Shown here: positions 25,601-34,382 of the stretch, piece after piece
How positions within the stretch are numbered: the stretch's first letter is position 1
How the letters are laid out: the number at the start of each line of letters is the position of its first letter
Assembly: GCF_016432865.1 (NCBI RefSeq)
Contig: NC_067398.1
Location: 48,670,001 to 48,734,000, forward strand
Reading direction: 5' to 3'
DNA from: Antechinus flavipes
Lineage: Eukaryota
DNA: 64,000 nt
The notes under the pieces: generated by a model
Told to the model about the DNA's origin: nothing
Database searches by the model: none
What the model saw: only the letters and a program-made list of their open reading frames with translations
Program-made: the position numbers and the translations under genes

Positions 25601-28600
25601 AACATGGGGAGATAACTGTTTTTAGGAGTTACATGGACAGTCTCTGGGTATGTGGAAGTAAATGAGATATCTGGGATTGAAAGGTCTTCCTAGGTTCCTA
25701 ACAGGGCCCTGTGGACAGATGAAAGGACAAAGGGACTACTTCCCAACCCCACTATGAGCACCTTATCATTTTCCCACAGTGAGGGGGCTGAGCTAAAGAA
25801 GATTGACTCTCAGATCCAGCGTTGTGAAGACATCCTTCAGCAGCTTCGAGCAGTGGTGCCTCAAATTGACATGGAAGGAGACAGAAATATCTGGATCGTG
25901 AAGCCTGGAGCCAAGTCTAGAGGTCGAGGTAAGGGAAAATAGAGATTTGGTGAGGGGAGAAAGGAATTATTGATCAGCAGGATTAGGTAGAGAAAAACCT
26001 CATGTCCTTCCCTGACATAATCTCTGAATCTCAGTGATGCAGATGAATAAATAAATATTTTGATTCATATAAAGAAATAAGCATCAGGATCCCAGTTGTA
26101 TTTAATTTTTGTAACAGAATCATAGCGCTGAGCTGTGTTCCCAATTTACTGCTACCAACTCTATTCACCAATCTGTAGAGCCTCATAGAATCATACAGTC
26201 TTTTCACTGGAAGAGATGATCGGCCTTAAGTGTGATATCTTAGAAGCTACACAAGACTTGAAGTTGAAGCTCTTGGACTTACCATACTGTGTGAACTTAG
26301 ACAAATCACTTCTCTTGGTCTGTCTCCTCCTCTGTACAATAGGGAAGATGATGGACCAGTTGAACTGTTACCAGATGTGATACTTTATCAGCTCTATCCT
26401 TCTTAGACAAGTCACTGGGTCACTGGTCTTCATCTCAGAAGCTGGTTTTTTATCCATAAAATGTGAATTTGCATTACTTAATTCACAGGCTTGTTATTAG
26501 TAAAGCATTTAGAAACTTTGTAAAGCACTTAGTAAATATGAACTATTCTGTCTCTGTTTCTACAATCTGTGGGGCCATCTATACTCATTGGATAATGGGC
26601 ATGGGCATGGGACTAGGGGAAGAGCTGCATGCCTGAGAACACTACTTGAGAGGGCTGAATTAGCTCCAGCATGTGACTAAATTTCAAATGTACCAGAAAC
26701 AGCATATTCAAAAATGCCTCCTCATCTTCAAAGTGTAATCACGTGGAGTGGCAACAGTATTTAATCCATTGTGTGAGATGATGAAATGGTACTAGAGATG
26801 GTTGGTGGGCCTCCTCATATTTGAGTGCATCCGTTCAGATGGATTTTATCCAAGAATTAGGCTTAGATCCCCTCCTTTTCTGAGGGAGGGGCAACTAGCT
26901 ATGCAGAACACTAACTACATAGTGTCAAACTTGATTGATGTATGAATTGGTTTTGGAAAAATGCCTTTCCTTCCCTCTCTTATCCTTTTTTTTCTCTAAA
27001 AAGGGATGGTATACTAAATGGAGAAGGATAGACTGGGAAATTAAAGTGATAGAAATTTTCCAAAATCAATAAACATTAAGCTCGTGTTTTATAGAAGGAA
27101 AAAACACAAAGCTTTAATGGGACACTGACTCAATCAAGTGTGGTATATGTTGCTCTGTAAGGAATTATAAATAGAAAGGATTCAAGATACAAGGGGGATG
27201 GGTATGAACTACTACAGAGCAAAGACAATAGAACCAAAAGAACAATGCATCCCATGCTTACCAGAGTGTAAAACATTAAAATGTTCCTATCCTGAATTTA
27301 ATTGCAAAGAATATACCTCTTCTCTTGAGACAGATGTATGGATTTTATAGATATATGCTATCATATGTGGTCACTTTGTAGAGTGGATTTCGTATTTTTA
27401 CTTATTTCAAGGCAAAATTTAATGGAGATAGGATGTACTCTGAGAAATTATGTTGGGGAAAACCCCACAAAAGTTATTAAATGGAAAAATTAGTCTTATA
27501 TACCTTACAATCAGGGCAGTTATGTGGCATGGTGGCTAGAACATGGAGCCTGAAATCAGGAAGACCTGAGTATAATTCAACATCAGAACCATGTGATCCT
27601 AGGCCTCAGTTTCTCATATGTAAAATGAGCTGGAGCAACCCCTCCTGGATCTCTGTCCAAAGAGAAAGAAATGGGATCATGAAGAGTCAGGAATGACCAA
27701 AGCGACTGCCCTCAGACTGGGAGAGCTCCACCTCAGGGATGCTAGTGCCCTGGCTCCCTGGGGATTCCCAGCATCTGAGCTCTGTTCTTCCCCTTTCCTT
27801 TCCTCTCCTCCCCTCTCCCAGGTATAGTGTGCATGGACCATCTAGAAGAGATGCTGAAGCTGGTGGACTGTGACCCCATGATTGTAAAAGATGGCAAGTG
27901 GGTGGTACAGAAGTATATTGAGCGGCCCCTGCTCATCTTTGGCACCAAGTTCGACTTGAGGCAGTGGTTCCTAGTGACTGACTGGAACCCACTCACTGTG
28001 TGGTTCTACCGGGACAGTTACATCCGCTTTTCTACGCAACCCTTCTCCCTCAGGAACCTGGACAGGTAAAGCTGGGGATGGAGGAGCTTAGGCCCAAGGA
28101 AGGTAGATCACAATGTTCCCCACTTCTCCTTAATTATTGGTTTCACCTCTTAGGTTTAGCAGGAAAGGGGGAAAGAATAGGACTACTGAGCAATTGAGAA
28201 CTGGGAGATCAGTGAAGGCTTAGATTGAATAGAGAGGTGACATGATATAGCAGACAGAATTCACAATTTGCTTTGAGAAGGGACCTTGGCCCCTTTCTTG
28301 ACTCAAACATTTCCTAGTTGTGTGACTTTTGGCAAATCATGTAACCTCTCAGCCCCATTTTCCTTAACTATAAAATGGGGATAATATTACTTATACTATC
28401 TGCCTCATGGGACTATTGTGAAGAACTTTGTAAATCTTGAATGTAAATGTGAATTATTATTACTAAGGGCTAAAGTAAGAAAGACTTGGAGTCTAATGTA
28501 ATTATTAACGTAGAACTACAAAATATTAGAATTTCGAAGAATTTGGAGACCAACTAGTGCAATGGCAGAAAGAGATTGAAATCAAGTAATTTGCCTAAGT

Positions 28601-31600
28601 TTAATTGCCCAGATTTTGCACCCAATTCTTGAGTTTAGGTTGCTGCCAAGTCCCTTTAGACTTAACTCTTCTCAAGTTAATAGTCTCTGAAAGCAATAGC
28701 TTACCTTGGGACTGGCTTGTAGAGAGCTGAACCTTCATTGGTTCTGGGAATTGTAAAGGATTTGACATACTGACCTTTTGGTCTAAAGCAGGAAAACATC
28801 CGATCTATCCAGAGCTAATTTTGAGTTCTTAAAGGGAGAGATGACCCAAGACTGGTCACTAGGGCAACTCTAGGTAGAAAACAACCAGAACCCACAGAAC
28901 CAGCTCAGAATTGGGCTCTATTATCTCTTCCCTTTCTTTATCCCCTCCTCCCAAGATGGCAAAGGAAGGAGAGGGCCTTAGTTTCTCCTCCTTCTCATTT
29001 AGTTCTGTGCATCTCTGCAACAACTCAATCCAGAAGCACTTGGAGAATTCTACCAGTCGTCACCCTCGGCTGCCCCCTGACAACATGTGGTGTAGCCGGA
29101 AATTTCAGGCTCACCTGCAGGAGGTAGGGGCACCTGAGGCTTGGAAAGATGTCATGGTTCCAGGCATGAAGGCTGCAGTCATCCATGTACTGCAGACTTC
29201 TCAGGACACGGTGCAATCCCGCAAAGGCAGCTTTGAGCTGTATGGGGCTGACTTCGTCTTTGGGGAAGATTTCCATCCCTGGCTGATCGAGATCAATGCC
29301 AGCCCAACTATGGCACCTTCCACAGCTGTCACCACCCGACTCTGTGCCGGGGTGCTGGCTGATACATTGCGTGTAGTCATAGATCGTCGACAAAACCGAA
29401 ACTGTGACACTGGTGCTTTTGAGCTTATTTATAAGCAGGTGAGATGCTCTGGAAACTTGAGGCCATCTAGCCTTCCCTTCCTTGGGTCTCCTGAGAGGAA
29501 AAGAAATATTATCCAACCTATAGTTCCTTCTTTTGAAAGGAACCCTTCAAAACTCTGATGTTCTGATCAACCTCTAGTGTGCAAGACACAAGAGAGAGAA
29601 TGTGCAGTGAGGATACAGGAAAGTATGATCACTCCTGCCCTCTAATGATTAGCTGAGGAAATGAAACATATATACATAGAAAAGAAAAATTAAAAGGGAA
29701 TACCTGACTGCTAAAAGATGAGCAAAGACATTAACACTAGAAGGAGCAGGTGTCAATTGATGCAAAAACATTAAAAAAAAATTTTTTAAATTATCTTACA
29801 ATAATTTCCTTTACCCTATACAAAAGCATTTAAAATACAATTGCAGGTATTACTTTACTTTGAAATAAATTTTTTCATTCTATTTCCATTTTCTTTGCCT
29901 TATGGGGGGAAAACACTTCTAGATTCTAACCCATCATCAAAAGAGCAAAGGAAAAAAAGATCCTTTTTGGCTAGGAAAAGTCCTCACAGTTGAAAAAGGG
30001 TCTGAACTGGGTTTTGGAGGAGGGATATAATTTTAGCGGTCAGAGCATACTCTTGGTAAGAAGAATGAAACCGAGGTCCTGAAAGCACAAGATGTTCAGG
30101 GACCAGTAAGTAGACTGGAAGCCTGTCTTATCTGACACTCACTTCAGCAGCTGGTCAACTCCCAGGTCCATAAGGCACAACTCTCATTTCTTTGGGTAGA
30201 GCACTTTGGAGAATAGAATCCCCTTCCTCTAACAGGGATGTACCTATTTTCCTCTCTTCCATCCTGATGTGACCTAGAGTCCCACAAAGTACCAAGTTAA
30301 TCTTCCCAGGAAAAGAGTTTCAGTCCTTAGCTCCCTCATGATTGTTTCTGCATGAGATAGAGAGAGAAAGGAAATTTCCTGGTGCTTGAGCCATCTATCC
30401 CACTAACATTTTTGCTCTCTAGGCAGCTGTAGAGGTACCCCATTATGTGGGTATCCGACTACTGGTTGAAGGCTCCCCTGTGAAGAAACCTCTGACTGTC
30501 CGTCCCCGAAGAGTACCATCTCGTCCACTGGTACGTCGACGCCTTAAGGACCCTAAGGAGGTAAAAGCATCCGTACCTGAGTCGCCTATGGAGCCCATAC
30601 CTGAGGAGGATCAAGAGTCTGATCCTGTGAAGACTAAAGAGTCTGTCCCTGGGGAAGCTAAAGAGTCTGTCCCTGGGGAGGCTAAAGAGTCCTTGCCTGG
30701 GGAGACTAAGGAGTCTGTGCCTGGGGAGGCTAAGGAGTCTGTGCCTGAGAAGACTAAGGAGTCTCTGCCTGAGGAGGTTAAGGAGTCTATGCCTGAAGAG
30801 GCTAAGGAGTCTATGCTTGAGGAGGCTAAGGAGTCTGTGCCTGAGGAGGCTAAGGAGTCCGTGCCTGAGGAGGCCAAAGAGTCCGTGCCTGAAGAGGCTA
30901 AGAATTCTGTGCCTGAGGAGACTAAAAATCCCATGCCTGTTGCTTCCAAGTTATTAGGGCTTTCCTACCATCACGGGAAAACAGGAGGCAGGAAGAACCT
31001 GGGGCCCATTGAGAAAACAGACTCTCTAACCTTGAGAAAGAAGAGAGTCATCAATAAACAATCTACGGAAACTATCCAGGCCAGTTTCCAGAAATGGGAC
31101 ATCCACAATCCCAAGTTAAACCAGCTCCTCAGTGCATCCGCAGCACACCTTACCAGTCAGGGCAGGCAACTTCACCCCATGAAACCTCAGCTGCTTCTGA
31201 AGAATCCTGTATCTCTAGGTAGGGGCTACATTTACGCCCTTAGCCCACTTCCTCTTACTCTCCACCACCCTCCCCTCCCTGAAGTCTATGACCAGTCTAG
31301 TTAGAATCACTGATGCTATAGGTATGACGTGTGACTGTAATGTAATGAGACTGGTTGATAAACACAAGCAGGAGAATATTAGCAGCACAGCACTTGGAGA
31401 TCAGTGACAGGTACAGGGCTGGCTTTGTGACTGACATAGAGTCAGACCCAGACTTGAGGCTCAGAGCCTCTAAAATGGGAATAAAATGTATCGTGCCCTT
31501 CTTTGAGGGTTAGGGGGTAGATCCAGTAAGATGATGCCTGTAAAGCCCTTGGTGAGTTATTTGACAAACATACTAGGACATAAGACATTCAAAAGAATAG

Positions 31601-33558
31601 TTTCTTACTCCTCACTTCAGTGAGCTCACTTTGGGAGGTTACATTTAATATTCCATCAAGGCTGCCATCACTCAAATTATTTTGGGAACTTTTCTTTGGG
31701 AATTGCCTTCAAAGCCAGGTTATGAGCTATATGAGGAAATCAGTCTCTTTACTTTATAGTCACAGCTCATTTTTAATCAAAAATGGTATTACCTAGCTTG
31801 ATCACCCACCTTCTTCATCAGACTTGGCTCCAAAAGGCTCTTGCCTGTTTCCAGAAATCAAACCCACCCTCAAAGGATGAAGATTTGCCACCTTTGAGGA
31901 TATTCAAAAGAATCTAACACAGGCTCTGAATGCAATTTCCAAAGAGAAGTTCCCAGTGTGTTGAGTAATGGTCTCTCATTGGAATGAATGTGTAGCCTCC
32001 TAAGTGACTACTTTGAAGGGAACAACCATTCATTTGGATACCTAAGTTCTGGTATGTTTGCAGCCCCTGCCATTCAGAGGGAGAGCAAACACACTAACAC
32101 ACAAACTTGAATAAAAAGTTAAGAGATGGAATTAGAGATATCAAATGAGTACGAAAGAAAAAAATGCAGGAGTCATTTCCTCAGTTTCTTTGCAGGGAAC
32201 ACAGGTTGGTCTATTTATAGACTTACTGGATATTGAGTTAGAAGGAACTTTAAACCTCATGTCACCTAGTCTGGCCCTTTCATTTCATAAAACTAGGAAA
32301 CTAAGACCCAGAATGGAGATGCGTTTTGCCTAAGGACACAGCACTATTTCTTGGATTTAGATCACCTTTGGGACTTTAGGGGGTCTCAGGAACATGGGTG
32401 AGATCTCCCATCTGTTGACTTACTATAGGAGGGTTTGGAGGGAAAGAGCAAATAAATCAGTCCACATACTGTTTCCAAGCAGATCCTACTAAAAGGTAAG
32501 TGCTTAGAGCTTTCTATGGGGTTTCCTCTGCTCTTTCTCACAACTTGCCATGTCTAAGCTAGGAGACACTCTATCTAAAAGCAGAAAAGAAACCCAAAAC
32601 TTCTAATTGCCCTGCTTCTCCTTAACCTTTCACAGAGTCAGAGGGATTACCTTGCCTCCTTGCGAAGCCTGTACTGCCAGATTCCCGAGTGCTCAACCCT
32701 CGTACCTTCGTTCTCAGACTGCAGCTCCAAAAAACACCCATTTCCTGCAAGAACCTCAGTGCCACAGGCAGGGCCTTGCTTATGTTCCCGGCTCATAAGG
32801 AGCCTGTTCCCAATTGTGGGAAGCAGGCCAAGGTGGGCCCCAAACCCTGAGGGGCCAGGGAGGGGGCTGATTTGTGCTAAAAACTGGGAGCATTTGGGGA
32901 GGGGGAGGGAGGGAAAAGGGTTTCTCATGGTCTAGGCTAAGCCAATGGGAGCTGACCCGTGCTTGGACCAAGCCCCTTGGCCCATGCCCCTTGGCCCCAG
33001 CAAGGTGTCCCCAATTTAGAGCCTTGATGGTGATCAAGCCCAAAGGAGTACAAGAGGCAAGTTATATTCTTTAGTTTCATCCCAAAGCTATTTCAGAGAA
33101 GTGGGAGGGAGAGAGGGAGGGAGATAACTGCCCCTTACTTAAACCCTTATCCCTTTTCCTGAGAAATTCCCATCAGCTTTTTCCCATAGCCTCAAATGGC
33201 AGTTTTAGATCACTCAGAACTCCATCCACCCAAACCACAGAAAAAGGAAACGCCTCTGGGCCCCATTTGCTCGAAGATGAAATGCAACTTCCTACCACCT
33301 TTAACAACTCGAAGCCCAGGCTTGATGGGCTTGATAACTGACCAAATTTTACTGAAGGCTTTTAAAAAGAGTACCCACATTCATGGCTCCTACTGGCACC
33401 TGGCTTCCAATCTTCACAAGTCTGGAAGGACCAGGAAAGAACTCCAGAAATTGGAGATCATGAAATTGGGACATTTTTGGCCATGCTTCTCATATTCCCC
33501 TCCCAAACTTAAATCCTGGCCAAAGAAGTTATCCTGGGTCGAAAATAAATGGAACTGA
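12805..33558 (+). CDS. TTLL3: Tubulin monoglycylase TTLL3 (14 coding exons, about 1205 aa model)
   Basis: join(12805-13330,14775-14875,15015-15189,15647-15714,15916-16044,16616-16730,17533-17655,18201-18390,25780-25928,27822-28065,29003-29438,30423-31218,32636-32832,33190-33558) = 3618 nt, phases close. TTL motifs [42 protein letters not shown] and WLIEINASP are intact. Confidence 0.93.
14775..14875 (+). CDS. TTLL3: TTLL3 exon 2
   Basis: actgtag|(G)[33 protein letters not shown]|gtcag. Confidence 0.9.
15015..15189 (+). CDS. TTLL3: TTLL3 exon 3
   Basis: atag|[27 protein letters not shown]...PEECDE-G|gtaag. Confidence 0.93.
15647..15714 (+). CDS. TTLL3: TTLL3 exon 4
   Basis: ctctag|[23 protein letters not shown]|gtaatg. 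Confidence 0.88.
15916..16044 (+). CDS. TTLL3: TTLL3 exon 5
   Basis: cctag|[43 protein letters not shown]|gtggga. Confidence 0.95.
16616..16730 (+). CDS. TTLL3: TTLL3 exon 6
   Basis: cctag|[39 protein letters not shown]|gtagg. Confidence 0.95.
17533..17655 (+). CDS. TTLL3: TTLL3 exon 7
   Basis: gcag|[25 protein letters not shown]...KCLE-G|gtaag. Confidence 0.93.
18201..18390 (+). CDS. TTLL3: TTLL3 exon 8
   Basis: ttccag|GVKHHKK...[21 protein letters not shown]...[14 protein letters not shown]|gtaag. A second in-frame AG lies 9 nt upstream. Confidence 0.9.
23420..24745 (+). mobile_element. Degenerate CR1/L3 LINE
   Basis: Ends ...gatgccttcaagcacagactaaataatcttttattgggaatgttatagag...ttcaggcatggtttagg, typical of an L3/CR1 3' end; boundaries approximate. 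Confidence 0.6.
25780..25928 (+). CDS. TTLL3: TTLL3 exon 9
   Basis: cccacag|(H)[50 protein letters not shown]|gtaag. Confidence 0.96.
26600..26860 (+). mobile_element. RTE LINE ORF C-terminal fragment (degenerate)
   Basis: cacgtggagtggcaacagtatttaatccattg...ggttggtgggcctcctc resembles the decayed RTE C-terminal coding region. Confidence 0.4.
27822..28065 (+). CDS. TTLL3: TTLL3 exon 10
   Basis: ctcccag|(G)[14 protein letters not shown]...[54 protein letters not shown]|gtaaa. Confidence 0.96.
29003..29438 (+). CDS. TTLL3: TTLL3 exon 11
   Basis: catttag|(S)[14 protein letters not shown]...[34 protein letters not shown]...AFELIYKQ|gtgag. Confidence 0.96.
30423..31218 (+). CDS. TTLL3: TTLL3 exon 12 (796 nt, with octapeptide repeat)
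   Basis: ctctag|[23 protein letters not shown]... open for 265 codons to CTA-G|gtagg (phase 1, matches exon 13). 5' end is homologous; the 3' boundary is inferred. Confidence 0.75.
30567..30926 (+). repeat. Coding 24-bp minisatellite (15 units, 12 well conserved)
   Basis: Consensus about gagtctgtgcctgaggaggctaag; core units run 30639-30926, three degenerate units 30567-30638. Confidence 0.95.
31590..32065 (+). mobile_element. Mariner transposase C-terminal remnant (MARNA-like)
   Basis: Translates (with stops) as [48 protein letters not shown], matching the mariner HPPYSPDLAPSDF motif; ends gactactttgaaggg. Confidence 0.8.
32636..32832 (+). CDS. TTLL3: TTLL3 exon 13
   Basis: tttcacag|(E)[54 protein letters not shown]...AK|gtggg; resembles recalled mouse FPSLHSKAWLPSPRVHRPQGRVLRLQ...KALSTTGKALMTLPTAK. 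Confidence 0.8.
33190..33558 (+). CDS. TTLL3: TTLL3 probable terminal exon 14
   Basis: tttttcccatag|PQMAVLDH...IMKLGHFW...WVENKWN*; phase 0 matches the exon 13 donor. Only weak similarity to the recalled human tail. AATAAA at 33544. Confidence 0.6.
   Translation, partial: PQMAVLDHSELHPPKPQKKETPLGPICSKMKCNFLPPLTTRSPGLMGLITDQILLKAFKKSTHIHGSYWHLASNLHKSGRTRKELQKLEIMKLGHFWPCFSYSPPKLKSWPKKLSWVENKWN
33544..33549 (+). terminator. TTLL3 polyadenylation signal inside the last codons
   Basis: GAA AAT AAA TGG AAC TGA, followed by T/GT-rich ttctgtttttgttatgtttactgttgg. Confidence 0.65.
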
Positions 33559-34178
33559 GATACATTCTGTTTTTGTTATGTTTACTGTTGGAGCAATTAG
33601 GGCAGGGGTTGGACACACTACCAGGCTTGGCTGACTGAAAAATGTATGAGTAAGGGGTGGGGGAAAGGCTCCTCAGAAGTCATGATAAACTTCTGTGGGA
33701 GGTGTCAAATCCAGGAAGTAGAAGGCAGTTTGGAGGGAGTAGGTACTGTATAATAGAGGAGAGACAGAAATGATATATAGGGATCACTTGTAATGGGCAA
33801 GGAGAAATACAAGCTGAAAATCGGGAAAATTTCCTGAGACAGGCCCTTACTTCAGAGAATATAAGAGAGAGGAGTCACCTTCCTCTAGAATAAGAGTGTT
33901 ATCAAATGGAATCATCAGTTTTTGAATATGCCAAAAATTAACTACTACTCAGTTGGAAGCTAGATTACCTTAACTTCATCAGGGACTCAGTTTCCAGGGA
34001 AAGAATCTTCCCAGCTTATCTTTTTTTTTTTTTCCAAAAAAAAAAAAGGCCAGGATGGTAGAAGAATTGGACATGTGCTTCCAGACAAGAAAGCAGACTA
34101 TCTTCCTCAACCCTCCCCACTAGGCTCTTACCTACTTTTTTCACTTTATGAACTGAGTGCCATCTTGATTGTTGTCTG

Positions 34179-34382
34179 CTAATTATTCCTTGGTTTCCCT
34201 GACATTTGGAGCCCTAAGTTCCACATGGTTTGTGAAAAAAAAGGAGGCAAGGGAGCTATGAGTACTGTAGGGGCCACAGAGGTTTGGGGAAGAAGTATTT
34301 CATGCAGGTGGAGATGGAGGGGTAGAAGGGCCACTTCATTTGAAGTTATTTGGAGACGATGGAGGAGCTGCTCATTCAGGAC
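34179..34382 (-). CDS. RPUSD3: RPUSD3 exon 9 (terminal)
   Basis: cctatag|VLNEQLLHRLQITSNEVALLPLHLHLHEILLP...APLPPFFSQTMWNLGLQMSGKPRNN*. Confidence 0.92.
   Translation of the reverse strand, partial: VLNEQLLHRLQITSNEVALLPLHLHLHEILLPQTSVAPTVLIAPLPPFFSQTMWNLGLQMSGKPRNN

Noticed and set aside
30611-30949. Antisense ORF with ASSGTDSL repeats
   Set aside because: Mirror of the 24-bp coding repeat; no independent start, splice or promoter evidence.
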